The notes beneath the pieces are model-generated. The model searched no databases. It was not told where the DNA came from and saw nothing but the letters and a program-made list of their open reading frames with translations. Below are positions 1-10,843 of a stretch of 64,000 bases of DNA, one piece after another. The stretch is from Terriglobia bacterium. Lineage in GTDB: Bacteria; Acidobacteriota; Terriglobia; 20CM-2-55-15. Every line of letters starts with the position of its first letter. Within the stretch, counting starts at the first letter, position 1. The stretch spans positions 1,216,001 through 1,280,000 of the forward strand of contig CBDAOY010000008.1 in assembly GCA_965198225.1 (NCBI GenBank), in the 5' to 3' direction. Both the position numbers and the translations under genes were made by a program.

Positions 1-389
1 CACTGGTCGAAGGATCGATGGAACAGGTCTGGAATGACTTCCACGAGAGACATCGCCTGGAGTACGGCCACAGTTTCCCATCCAACCCCATCGAAATCGT
101 CAACCTCCGCGTCACGGCCGCAGGTCTCATGCCCGAACTGGAGCAACCGGAGTTCAGGGACGGATCAGAAGCGGCCGAACCGGCCCGGATCAAGACCGGA
201 GAAACCTACTTCCGGATCGACGGCGTCCTTCAGAAGGTCGAGTCCGAGTTCTACGAACGCTCACTGCTGGGGGTCGGAGCGACCATCGACGGACCGGCCG
301 TGATCCTCCAGCACGACTCCACGACGGTACTACCGCCCGGCTCTGCGGCGCGGATCGAGAATTCGGGTAATATGATCATCGACACTTGA
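1..389 (+). CDS. Hydantoinase A / 5-oxoprolinase subunit, C-terminal part (5' end outside window)
   Basis: 'FHERHRLEYGHS..IEIVNLRV' and 'GPAVILQHDSTTVLPPG' are typical of the HyuA C-terminus; directly upstream of a HyuB gene. Confidence 0.88.
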   Translation, partial: LVEGSMEQVWNDFHERHRLEYGHSFPSNPIEIVNLRVTAAGLMPELEQPEFRDGSEAAEPARIKTGETYFRIDGVLQKVESEFYERSLLGVGATIDGPAVILQHDSTTVLPPGSAARIENSGNMIIDT

Positions 390-398
390 GGAGACAGC

Positions 399-2183
399 AT
401 GAGCACGACCGCCTTGCCCACGATCGATCCAGTTACGGCCCAGGTCGTCCGGGGCGCCCTGGAGCACATCGCCATCGAGATGGGACACAAGCTGACCCGG
501 ATGTCGTACTCGAGCATCATCCGGGAATCCGAAGACTTCGGCGCCGCGCTGGTCGACGTCAACTGCCAGCAGCTTTGCGAATCGGTGTTCAGCACACCGC
601 TCCAGCTGGGTCCCATTTCAGGCTACGTCCGCGGCATCCAGAGGATCTTCCAGATGCGTGGCGACGAGTTCTATCCCGGTGACGTCATCATCCACAATTC
701 GCCCTACTACGGAGCGTCCCATGGGCCGGACATCGCCTTCTGCGTCCCCGTCTTCAGCGACGGCGAACTGATCGGGTTTTCCCTCACCACGGCACATCAC
801 CTCGACATTGGCGCTCTCGTGCCGGGCAGTTGCGGCATCGTCGACGCGGTCGACGCATACGCCGAAGGTCTCCAGTTCAAGGGGATCAAGGTCTTCGAGC
901 GCGGTGTCCGCAATCAGCACTTCTGGAATTTCCTCTCCGACAACGTCCGTGCCGCCGACATGGTGCTCGGCGACATGGAGGCCCAGATCGCGGCCTGCCG
1001 GATCGGGGCCGATCGGTACCTCGACCTGGTCCGCGAATACGGGATGGATACCGTGCTGGCGGCCAGTGACGATCTGATGGAGTACTCGGAAAGAGTACTC
1101 CGCCAGGAAATCGAAAAACTCCAGGACGGAACCTACTACGCCGAGGGGTTCTTCGATGGATTCCTGGACAGCCCGGATCCGTCCAAGAAAGACCTGAAGA
1201 TTGCCGTCACGCTCAAGATCGACGGCAGCGACCTCTACATCGACCTGACCGGTTCCTCCCCCCAGATCGACGACCGGCCGATCAACATGCCGCTCGAAGG
1301 CACGGTGTGCGTCGCCGTGTATCTCATCGTACGTTCGATACTGCTCGACACCGAATACCACGAATACGTGCCGCAGAACTCCGGCCTCACCCGCCCGATA
1401 CATATCCACGCACCGAAAGGGTCGATCTGCAATCCGAAATTCCCCGCCCCGACGATCGCACGCTTCTGCCCCGGCAACGTCGTCGCCGACACGATCATGC
1501 GCGCCCTGACCCAGGTCGTCCCCGAACAGGTCGGGGCCGGCGTTGGAAACCTGAAGGTGATCGCATACAGCGGTCTGGTCGACGAAAACTACTGGGTCTA
1601 CATGGACATCACCGAAGGCGCTTACGGCGGTCGTTACGGTAAGGACGGCCTGGACTGCGTCGATACGCTGTACGCCAACACCCGGAACAATCCCATCGAA
1701 GACATCGAGTCGCACTACCCGCTGCGTGTAAACCGTTACGAACTGCGGGAAGACAAGTGTGGGGCCGGAAAGTGGCGGGGTGGACTGGGTTCGATCCGCG
1801 ACGTCATGTTCACGACCGACGGCAGGATGTCGCTCGAGGGGGACGGCCACAAGTTTGCGCCCTGGGGAATATTCGACGGGAAAGAAGGCACGCCGGGGGC
1901 GTTGATTCTGAATCCGGCCGGCGAAGAAACTTCGCTGCCGTCAAAGATCAGCGATCGACGGGCAAAGAAGGGAGACACGTTCCGCACGATCAGCCCCTGC
2001 GGCGGGGGTTACGGCAATCCGCTGGAGCGGGACGTGAGCGCGGTTCTCGACGACGTGCTCGACGGATTCATTTCACGCGAGAGCGCCCGAAAATACGGCG
2101 TGGTGATAACCGAGGACCTGAAGATCGATGAGGAGGGCACCGCAAGAATGCGGGCCCGGCCCCAACCTCCCCCGTCGGCCTGA
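399..2183 (+). CDS. Hydantoinase B / oxoprolinase family protein
   Basis: 'YSSIIRESEDF', 'NSPYYGASHGPD', 'HHLDIG', 'GAGKWRGG', 'GGGYGNP' motifs; RBS GAGGAG upstream. Confidence 0.93.
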   Translation: MSTTALPTIDPVTAQVVRGALEHIAIEMGHKLTRMSYSSIIRESEDFGAALVDVNCQQLCESVFSTPLQLGPISGYVRGIQRIFQMRGDEFYPGDVIIHNSPYYGASHGPDIAFCVPVFSDGELIGFSLTTAHHLDIGALVPGSCGIVDAVDAYAEGLQFKGIKVFERGVRNQHFWNFLSDNVRAADMVLGDMEAQIAACRIGADRYLDLVREYGMDTVLAASDDLMEYSERVLRQEIEKLQDGTYYAEGFFDGFLDSPDPSKKDLKIAVTLKIDGSDLYIDLTGSSPQIDDRPINMPLEGTVCVAVYLIVRSILLDTEYHEYVPQNSGLTRPIHIHAPKGSICNPKFPAPTIARFCPGNVVADTIMRALTQVVPEQVGAGVGNLKVIAYSGLVDENYWVYMDITEGAYGGRYGKDGLDCVDTLYANTRNNPIEDIESHYPLRVNRYELREDKCGAGKWRGGLGSIRDVMFTTDGRMSLEGDGHKFAPWGIFDGKEGTPGALILNPAGEETSLPSKISDRRAKKGDTFRTISPCGGGYGNPLERDVSAVLDDVLDGFISRESARKYGVVITEDLKIDEEGTARMRARPQPPPSA

Positions 2184-2220
2184 GGCGCTCGACCGGCAGG
2201 ATCTGGCGATCAGCTCAACC

Positions 2221-3006
2221 TTATCGCTCGCAACGGACCGAGACCATCTCCATCGAAGTAATGTCGATGCGTTCCCTGTTGGGCTGTCGGATGACGTAGC
2301 CCTTCGTCTGCATCTTCTGGCCCGAGTAGGAGTCGAGATCGAAGTCGGATCCGAGATAATCGACGTTCTGCAACCGGAACGTCTGATTTCCGAGTTCCCT
2401 CACCAATGCGTGGTCCAACTCTTTCGGGGTTGAGGTGTTCGACGTGTCCGTCCGGACCGGCTCACCAGCCGAGGCCAGTTTCCATCCGGCTCCATCCGGA
2501 GCAAGGCATCCGACGACCTGAATGAGCGCCCCGCTGGGGACCGGGCGAGGCCCATCCTTTCGCTCAATCTGAATGCTCTCGACAACATCCAAGGTGAGTT
2601 CCTCCTCGCCAGCCGGAAACAGATTCGACTTGAAGAGGTGGGCGACGATGTCGAGGTAGGCTTGATCGGTCAAGCTCCCGGGGTCACGTCGCGGCATGCT
2701 GGCTTTGATGAAGCTAAACAGGCTCTCCGCGTCATATTCGCGCCAACGTTCGAGAAAGGCGGGTCCGATCATGCGGGCATCCGGGTTGAGAACATCGACG
2801 TCCACGGTGTGGCAGCGAAGACAATTGGCATCGAATTCGGCCAGTCCGCGCGCCGCCTGAGTTTCGGTAAAGACAGAGCTCCAGACTGTTTTGTATTCGC
2901 CAGGCTTGAGGCCCGGGGCTGCCTGCGCTTCCAGAGTCGCCGGAAGAGCCAGGGTGCCAGCCAGAATCAACGGGGAAATCACGAGAATCGCAAATCTATT
3001 GCGCAT
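2221..3006 (-). CDS. Exported monoheme c-type cytochrome with an additional C-terminal domain
   Basis: Signal peptide from MRNRFAIL; one CxxCH (CLRCH); candidate distal Met in 'SMP'; start chosen at ATG 3006. Confidence 0.8.
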   Translation of the reverse strand: MRNRFAILVISPLILAGTLALPATLEAQAAPGLKPGEYKTVWSSVFTETQAARGLAEFDANCLRCHTVDVDVLNPDARMIGPAFLERWREYDAESLFSFIKASMPRRDPGSLTDQAYLDIVAHLFKSNLFPAGEEELTLDVVESIQIERKDGPRPVPSGALIQVVGCLAPDGAGWKLASAGEPVRTDTSNTSTPKELDHALVRELGNQTFRLQNVDYLGSDFDLDSYSGQKMQTKGYVIRQPNRERIDITSMEMVSVRCER

Positions 3007-3288
3007 GCTGCTCACACATCCTATTCGGTATCGGAGTCTCGACAAGCAGAGCGAGAACAAGGCCGCCGTTTTTTTCTCCCGACTCCAATCTGCGAAGCCG
3101 GACAGGCTAACAACTCTCCAGGCCCGCCGGGGTGTTCGGCTGTGGAACGTCGTTCCCACTACCGGACGCCTTCAGGCTTCGAAAAATCCCCCGCGCCCGC
3201 CTCAATCCACTTATATTCAATGGGTTATAACACGAACCGTTTTGGAAAGCGACGTGTTTACCATCGTACTTGGAACAAAGGGGGTTCT

Positions 3289-3582
3289 ATGGCCGTAAAC
3301 ACACCCGAAATGATTACCCTCCGGAGATCCGGTTATCGCACGGTTGCGCTCGGGCACGAGATTGGTGCCGGGGCAATCGAAGTCGGTACGGCCATCGAAA
3401 ACGCTGCTAAGGCATGGGCGGATGCCCGTCACCCGGGTTTCTACGACATCATCACGCCGGGCGGGTGCTATTACGTTCACATTTTTGAGCCGGGCCGGAC
3501 GATCTATGTCATCGCAGCCATCGGCAACGGCTGTCCGGAAAGAGCGTCCGGACTTCGCCCGGACCTCAGACTGGCTTCGTAG
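3289..3582 (+). CDS. Small hypothetical protein (97 aa)
   Basis: ATG after AAAGGGGG; protein-like composition; ends 27 nt before the permease start. Confidence 0.55.
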   Translation: MAVNTPEMITLRRSGYRTVALGHEIGAGAIEVGTAIENAAKAWADARHPGFYDIITPGGCYYVHIFEPGRTIYVIAAIGNGCPERASGLRPDLRLAS

Positions 3583-3609
3583 GTCAACAATCCGCAAGGA
3601 AAGTCAGGT

Positions 3610-6081
3610 ATGGAAAATTTTTACACGGACATTCGATACGGACTACGAACCCTGGCGAAGAGTCCCGGGTTCACGATCGTCGCCACGCTCATTCTAGCCC
3701 TCGGGATCGGAGCAACGACTGCCATCTTTACCCTCGTCAACGGCATTTTCCTGAAGCCGCTGCCGCTCCCGAACACAGAGGGGCTGACCTCCGTCTACAC
3801 GACCGACGAGAAGAACCCCGGTTTTCTGTCGGTCTCCGGGCAGAACTACCAGGACTTCCGGGACGAGAACGAAGTGTTTTCAAACCTGGTCGCCTACACC
3901 CAGATGATTTTCAACATCGGGACGCGGGACGAACCGGCTCAGGCGTTGGGTGAAATTGTTACAGGCAATTACTTTGAAACGCTCGACTTGACACCCGCAC
4001 TGGGACGGCTGATTCAGCCCGAAGACGACGAGATTCCTGGCGAGAGCCCCGTCGTCGTCTTGTCTTACAAGACATGGCAGAATCGGTTCGGCTCCGACCC
4101 CGGAGTCGTCGGCACCGAGATCAGGCTCAACGGGACCCCGCTCACGATCATCGGGGTCGCCGAACAGGGCTTCGAAGGGCTGGGTTTCGGTGTCAGTCAG
4201 GAGCTCTGGGTCCCCACGATGATGTATCAGCAGGTCCACCCGACGCCCGACCTCATCTGGGACGAGCGACGCGCGATCGTTTTCGCCGTAGTCGGGCGCC
4301 TGAAGCCGGGTGTGACGCTTCAACAGGCGGAATCGAACATGCAGGCGATCGCCTCCGCGCTCGAAGAGCAGTACCCGCTCCCGAACGAAGGCCGAAACGT
4401 GATCCTGGAACCTCTGTCCCGACTCAACCCCGGCTTCCGGCCAACGATGGCCCTGGCCGGGGGGTTGTTGATCGCCCTCTCCGGACTGGTTCTCGCGATC
4501 GCCTCGGCCAACATCGCAAACCTTCTCCTGGTTCGGGCGACCGCACGAAAGCGGGAGATCGCGGTGCGCCTTTCGCTCGGCGCGGGCCGCGTGCGACTCA
4601 TCCGTCAGCTCCTGACCGAGAGTTTCGTGCTGGCTGCGATCGGGGGCACGGGCGGCCTGCTGATCGCAGTGTGGGTGCGCGATCTCATCTTTTCGCTGAC
4701 GCCACCCCTGCCGTTCCAGCCGAGCATGGACATGAGCCTGGACGCACGGGTTCTCGGGTTCGCGGCGTTTATCTCGCTGTTGGGCGGGCTTTTCTTCGGC
4801 CTCGTCCCGGCGATCCAGGCATCCCGCCCGGATCTTTCGAGCGAGCTCAAGAGCGGCCAACAGAAGGAAGGTTCGATCCGGAAGTTCAGCCCGCGGAACA
4901 TCCTCGTCGTGGCTCAGGTTTCGCTGTCCTTGATCGCTCTCATCTCGGCCGGTCTCCTGATGCGCAGCTTCCAGAACACTCTGTTGATCGACCCCGGATT
5001 CCGCACCGACGACGTACTGACCGTCACTCTCGGAATGACAGACAACCGGTACCTGCAGGAGACCACCGGACAGGACTTCTACCGGCAACTGCAGGAAGAA
5101 GTCCGGGCAGTGCCCGGCGTCGTCACCGCAGATCTCGGGACCCACATGCCGATGTTCTTCGGCGGGTTCCGGCGGACGGTGTTCATCGACGGTCGGGATG
5201 CCGGCGAAGCGGAGGACGGAATACTCGTTGGTACGAGCACGGTCGGGCCGAAGTATCTCGAAGCGATGGGTATCTCGTTGCTACGAGGACGCGACTTCAG
5301 CCGTGTGCAACCGAAGGCGACAAGCAACAGCGTCGGTCCGGACTACGTGATTGTCAACGAGACGATGGCGGAGCGGTTCTGGCCCGGAGAAGAAGCATTG
5401 GGGCGACGCTTCACCTTCTACGGCGACGACGCGCCGGTGGAGATCATCGGCATCGCCGCCGACGCGAAGTACAACCAACTGGCGGAAGATGCGCAGCCTT
5501 ACGCCTACCTGCCCTTGCTGCAGAGCTACCGCGACGCAAAGGTCGTCATGAATCTGTTCGTGAACACCCAGGGCGCGCCGACCACCGTCGCCGGCGACGT
5601 CGGGACGGTCATCAGGCAGCTCGACCCGAATCTCCCGATCACGGGCGTCGCGCCCATGGAAGAGGTGCTCAACCGCTCGATGTGGCTCCCCCGGATAGGC
5701 GCCTGGCTCGTGGCGGTTTTCGGCGGCCTCGCGCTGTTCCTTGCCGGGATCGGCGTCTACGGAGTGATTTCGTTCTCGGTCAGCCAGCGCACGCACGAGA
5801 TCGGTCTGAGGATGGCCCTGGGCGCCCGATCCGCCGACGCGATGAAACTGGTCGTGAAACAGGGGCTGACCCTGTCGGTGATCGGTGTCGTGATCGGCGT
5901 GCTGGTGTCGATCGGAATCACGCGAGTGATGAGTACGTTCCTGGTCGGGGTGGACGCGCTCGACCCGACCGTGTTCGGGGGAGTGGCCCTGACCCTGGCC
6001 GCCGTTTCGATGCTGGCGTCCTACATCCCGGCGTTGCGGGCCACGAGAGTGGACCCCGTCACAGCGCTACGATTTGAGTGA
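3610..6081 (+). CDS. MacB/FtsX-type duplicated ABC permease (ADOP-like, no ATPase)
   Basis: '[28 protein letters not shown]', 'REIAVRLSLGAGR.RLIRQLLTES', 'RTHEIGLRMALGA', 'DPVTALRFE'. Confidence 0.93.
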   Translation: MENFYTDIRYGLRTLAKSPGFTIVATLILALGIGATTAIFTLVNGIFLKPLPLPNTEGLTSVYTTDEKNPGFLSVSGQNYQDFRDENEVFSNLVAYTQMIFNIGTRDEPAQALGEIVTGNYFETLDLTPALGRLIQPEDDEIPGESPVVVLSYKTWQNRFGSDPGVVGTEIRLNGTPLTIIGVAEQGFEGLGFGVSQELWVPTMMYQQVHPTPDLIWDERRAIVFAVVGRLKPGVTLQQAESNMQAIASALEEQYPLPNEGRNVILEPLSRLNPGFRPTMALAGGLLIALSGLVLAIASANIANLLLVRATARKREIAVRLSLGAGRVRLIRQLLTESFVLAAIGGTGGLLIAVWVRDLIFSLTPPLPFQPSMDMSLDARVLGFAAFISLLGGLFFGLVPAIQASRPDLSSELKSGQQKEGSIRKFSPRNILVVAQVSLSLIALISAGLLMRSFQNTLLIDPGFRTDDVLTVTLGMTDNRYLQETTGQDFYRQLQEEVRAVPGVVTADLGTHMPMFFGGFRRTVFIDGRDAGEAEDGILVGTSTVGPKYLEAMGISLLRGRDFSRVQPKATSNSVGPDYVIVNETMAERFWPGEEALGRRFTFYGDDAPVEIIGIAADAKYNQLAEDAQPYAYLPLLQSYRDAKVVMNLFVNTQGAPTTVAGDVGTVIRQLDPNLPITGVAPMEEVLNRSMWLPRIGAWLVAVFGGLALFLAGIGVYGVISFSVSQRTHEIGLRMALGARSADAMKLVVKQGLTLSVIGVVIGVLVSIGITRVMSTFLVGVDALDPTVFGGVALTLAAVSMLASYIPALRATRVDPVTALRFE

Positions 6082-6205
6082 CTGGGTTTCGGGCGCACGC
6101 ACCGAAAGCTCGTCTTAAAAGGCTGAAGGACTCGGAAAGTAACATTGCCTCACGGCATTCCGAGCTCACAGGGCCAACAATCCTCCTTAAGCGAGGCTGT
6201 CAGGA

Positions 6206-8678
6206 ATGGAAAACTTCTACAGGGATGTCCGATACGGACTACGAACCCTGGCCAAGAGCCCCGGGTTCACGATCGTCGCTGCGCTCATCCTGGCTCTCGG
6301 CATTGGCGCAACGACGGCCATCTTCACCCTCGTCAACGGGATTTTCCTGAAGCCGATGCCGGTCCAGGATGCCGAGGGCCTGATGTCGGTCTACACAACC
6401 GACGAAAAGAACCCCGGTTTTCGTCAGGTGTCCGGCGAGAACTACAAGGACTATCGCGATGAGAACGAGGTTTTCTCCGACCTCGCCCGCCTACACCCAA
6501 TTGCTGTACAACATGGGCAGCCTGGATGAGCCCACTCAGGTCCTGGGCGAACTCGTAACCGCCAACTACTTCGACGTACTGGGTGTCGGGCCTGCTCTGG
6601 GACGGCTGATCCTGCCCGAGGAGGACCAGACTCCGGGAACGCACCCCGTCGCCGTCCTCAGCCACAGAGCCTGGGAGAACCGTTTTGGATCTGATCCGGG
6701 CGTGATCGGCCAGGAGATCACGGTGAATGGAACGCCTCTGACGATCATAGGCGTGGCCGAAGAGGGGTTCGACGGGCTCACTCTGGCGATCAGCCAGGAA
6801 GTCTGGGTTCCCTATATGATGTTCGCTCAGGTCCACCCGACACCGGACCTGGTGGCCGACCGCCGGGCGATCCTCTTCAACGTCGTCGGTAAGCTGAAAC
6901 CAGGTGTCACGCGCGAGCAGGCCGAATCGAACATGCAGGCTATCGGTACGGCTCTCGCCGAGCAGTATCCCACCCCCAACGAAGGCCGCAACGTGACGTT
7001 GGATCCCCTCTCACGGCTGGGCCCGGCCTTCCGATCGACGCTTGCGCTCGCGGCGGGACTGCTGATTGCGATCTCGGGACTCGTCCTGGCCATCGCCTCG
7101 GCAAACATCGCGAATCTGCTCCTGGTTCGTGCGGCAGCCAGAAGAAGGGAGATTGCCGTACGGCTCTCTCTTGGGGCGGGTCGCATCCGCCTGATTCGCC
7201 AACTCCTGACCGAGAGTTTCGTCCTGGCCGCGATCGGAGGGATCGGCGGTCTGGTGCTTGCGCTCTGGACCCGAGACCTGCTTTGGTCTCTGGTCCCAGC
7301 CACCCCTCCGGTCCAGCTCACCCTCGATGCCAGTCTGGACGGCCGGGTCATCGGCTTCGCCGCGCTCGTCTCGCTCGCAGGTGGGCTCTTCTTCGGCCTC
7401 GTTCCGGCGATTCAATCTTCGAGGCCGGATCTTTCGACAGAACTCAAGAGCGGCCAGCAGAAAGAGGGATCGATCCGGAGATTCAGCCCGCGGAACATCC
7501 TCGTGATCGCACAGGTGTCACTATCGCTGGTCGCGTTGATTTCGGCGGGACTGCTGATGCGGAGCTTCCAGAACACTCTCGACATCGACCCCGGCTTCCG
7601 CACCGAAGACGTCCTGACAGTCTCGTTCAACCTGAACGATAATCGTTACCTGGAAGAAGCCATGGGCCAGGACCTCGTGCGCCGCCTCCGGGAGGAAGTG
7701 ACGTCTGTTCCGGGCGTGTTGAATGCCGACGTCGGCAGCGCGATGCCGATGTTTTTCCCGGGTATGGGCCGGACCGTTTTCATCGAGGGCAGGGATGCCG
7801 GTGAGGCCGAAGACGGCATTCTCGTCAGCACCAGTACCGTGGGGCCGAAGTACTTGGAGGCGATGGGCATAGAGCTCCTTCGAGGGCGGGATTTCAGTCG
7901 CGTCGAGGAAAAGGAGACCAGCTCGGACATCGGGCCCGACTACGCCATCATCAATGAAACGATGGCTGAACGGTTCTGGCCTGGTGAAGATGCGCTCGGA
8001 AGACACTTCAGGTTTTACGGGGATGATCACACCGTCGAGGTCATCGGTATTGCAGCGACCACGAAGTACCTCCAGCTGGCGGAGCAACCACAACCCTTTG
8101 CTTATCTTCCGATTCAGCAGAGCTTTCGTGACATGAGGTTCGCGGTGAATCTGTTTGTCCGCACTGCGGGCGGTCCCACCAGCGTCGCCGGAGACGTGCG
8201 GAGCGTCATCCGGGAACTCGATCCCAATATCCCGATTACCAGCGTCCTCCCGATGACCGAGGTCGTCCATCGATCGATGCTGTTGGCCCGCATCGGGGCA
8301 GTGCTGGTCGCTGCCTTCGGGGGCCTTGCGCTGTTTCTCGCGGCGATCGGGGTTTACGGAGTGATTTCGTTCTCGGTCAGCCAGCGCACCCACGAGATCG
8401 GATTAAGAATGGCGTTGGGAGCCCGGTCGGCCGACGCGATGAAACTGGTCGTCAAGCAGGGGCTGGCTCTGACCTTGATCGGAATCGTGATCGGGGTCGC
8501 GGTGTCGATCGGCATCACTCGTGTGATGGCAACCTTTCTGGTTGGCATCGACGCGCTCGATCCGACGGTGTTCGGAGGAGTGGCCCTCACTCTGGCGGCC
8601 GTTTCCGTGCTGGCGTGTTACATCCCGGCGCTGCGGGCCACGAAGGTGGATCCCGTCACCGCGCTGAAGTTTGAGTGA
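6206..8678 (+). CDS. ADOP-like permease, tandem paralog, +1 frameshift near 6487 (error or pseudogene)
   Basis: ORFs 6206-6529 and 6459-8678 together are colinear with 3610-6081; one extra C in 'ctcgcccgcctacacc' versus paralog 'ctggtcgcctacacc'. Confidence 0.88.
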
Positions 8679-8832
8679 ACAGGTCTTCGGTCACACCCGT
8701 CGAGGACCTGTCCCAAGAAGGCTGAAGGACTCGGAAAGCAACATCCCCCACACCATCCGGGGCCTTCGGCCTTTGTTGTTTTGAAGAAGTGACGGGTGAC
8801 AAGTGGCCAGTGACAAGTCGGATAGTGCTGGC

Positions 8833-8940
8833 GTTATGTTTCAGAGTTTCTGCAAAAAGGTCCTGAAATAGGAAAGGGCCAGGGTATCTCCGAAACAGAT
8901 GAACCGATGGCCCGACCTCAGATTAAGCGAAAGGGAGTGG
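8833..8940 (+). repeat. Internally deleted copy of the IS256 left end
   Basis: Matches 9007-~9145 (gttatgtttcagagtttctgcaaaaagg...atggcccgacctcagattaagcgaaagggagtgg) minus about 30 nt containing the RBS. Confidence 0.85.
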
Positions 8941-9005
8941 CCAGTGACAAGTTCGGATAGGAGCGCTTCGCTGTGAGCGATCGGCTCCTGGCTATCAGCT
9001 GGCAG

Positions 9006-10628
9006 GGTTATGTTTCAGAGTTTCTGCAAAAAGGTCCTGAAATAGGAAAGGGCCAGGGTATCTCCGAAAAGTTGGTAACGAATCAACTTTGAAACGAAGG
9101 AGATGAACCGATGGCCCGACCTCAGATTAAGCGAAAGGGAGTGGATTGGAAAGAACTGTTAGGAGAGGAAAAGGATTTGCTGAAAAGCGTCGTACAGGAG
9201 GTGGTTCAAGAGATTCTCGAGGCGGAGATGGACCAGGTCGTGGGCGCGGTCAAGAGTGAACGAACAGGGGGTCGCACCGGATATCGGAGTGGCTATTACG
9301 GACGGGACCTGGTCACACGGGTGGGCAAGCTGGAGTTGCGCGTGCCGCAGGACCGGGCCGGCCGGTTCAGTACGGAGGTGTTTGAACGCTACCAACGCAG
9401 CGAGAAAGCCTTGGTGGCCAGCTTGGCCGAGATGTACGTGCAGGGCGTGTCAACGCGCAAGGTGAAAGCCATCACCGAAGAACTATGCGGACATTCGTTT
9501 TCGGCCAGCACGATCAGCCGGATTAATCAGACTCTGGACAAGGAGCTGAAAAAGTTTGCAACGCGACGATTGGAGGAAGAATACCCGTACCTAATTTTGG
9601 ATGCGCGCTACGAGAAGGTGCGCGAAGACGGGGTCATCCGGAGCCGGGCGGTGCTGGTCGCGATCGGAATCAACTGGGACGGCCGGCGCGGTGTGTTGGC
9701 GGTGGAGCTGGCGGGACGGGAAAGCACGACCAGTTGGCGGCAACTGCTGCTGAGTTTAAAACAACGCGGCCTGTGCGGGGTGGAGTTCGTGGTGACCGAC
9801 GATCATCCGGGGTTGAAGAAAGCCATCGCGGAAGTCCTGACCGAAGCGATCTGGCAGCGCTGCTACGTGCACTTTCTCCGAAACGCATTGGATTATCTGC
9901 CGCGCAAAGGCGATGACGATTGCCTCCAGGAACTGCGTTGGCTCTACGATCGGCGGAACCTCCAGGAAGCGCGGCAGGACCTCGCGGCGTGGTTGAGCAA
10001 GTGGGGGCAGAAATATCCCAAACTCTGCGACTGGGTCGAAGACAACATCGACGAGACGCTGAGCTTCTACACGCTGCCGCTTCAGCATCACAAGCACATG
10101 AAATCCACCAATATGCTGGAACGGCTCAACGAAGAGATCAAGCGGCGAACGCGTGTGGTGCGGATATTCCCCAACGCGGCCAGCTGTCTGCGTTTGATTC
10201 GGGCACTGACCACCGAGATGCACGAGAACTGGATCGAAGCGATCCGTTATTTGAACATGGATCTGTTGAAGGAACACAAGAAGGACTGGCACCGTCAGAC
10301 GCCTGCCGCGTGAACGCGTCAAAACGGACCGACCCAAGGATCGGCTCGGAAGCCGATCGTCGATTACAGCGCATCCTGGAGCGAGGAATCTCTGTGGAAA
10401 ACTTTCAAAGGGCGAAAGAAAGAGAACCAAAAAAGAAAGAAAGGCAGAGGCCTGATGGAAATGACGCCTCAGAGGAAATCCGCAACAAGACGCGGATTCC
10501 CTCTGAGGCTTGGAAAAGCTTCGCCAAGAACGTTCAGCTTTCCCACATTCCCACAGGCCCGACGGCGATCAACACTCAAGAACTGACTTTTTCGGAAATA
10601 CTTTTTGCAGAACTTGACGCACACAACT
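9006..10628 (+). mobile_element. IS256-family insertion sequence
   Basis: Imperfect 28-bp terminal IRs (ggttatgtttcagagtttctgcaaaaag / ctttttgcagaacttgacgcacacaact); 8-bp direct repeat GCTGGCAG at 8998-9005 and 10629-10636. Confidence 0.92.
9111..10313 (+). CDS. IS256-family (Mutator-type) transposase
   Basis: 'MYVQGVSTRKV', 'LDARYEKVR', 'WQRCYVHFLRN', 'STNMLERLNEEIKRRTRVVRIFPN'. Confidence 0.96.
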   Translation: MARPQIKRKGVDWKELLGEEKDLLKSVVQEVVQEILEAEMDQVVGAVKSERTGGRTGYRSGYYGRDLVTRVGKLELRVPQDRAGRFSTEVFERYQRSEKALVASLAEMYVQGVSTRKVKAITEELCGHSFSASTISRINQTLDKELKKFATRRLEEEYPYLILDARYEKVREDGVIRSRAVLVAIGINWDGRRGVLAVELAGRESTTSWRQLLLSLKQRGLCGVEFVVTDDHPGLKKAIAEVLTEAIWQRCYVHFLRNALDYLPRKGDDDCLQELRWLYDRRNLQEARQDLAAWLSKWGQKYPKLCDWVEDNIDETLSFYTLPLQHHKHMKSTNMLERLNEEIKRRTRVVRIFPNAASCLRLIRALTTEMHENWIEAIRYLNMDLLKEHKKDWHRQTPAA

Positions 10629-10843
10629 GCTGGCAGCATTGCGTCCCGAACAGCGACTGTTCCGACTTGGCACTCGTCCACGCGTCTCCACGCAGGGGCC
10701 GCAGGCTCCGGTCCAGGGTCGAAAAACTCGCTCCCCTCAGGCCGAGCCTACCAGATCGAACAAGCCGGGACGACCGGGTTCAACCGTGGTATCTTTCTCC
10801 ATTCCGTCACGAAAATCCAGCAACTACGGCAGAAAGGCAAAGA

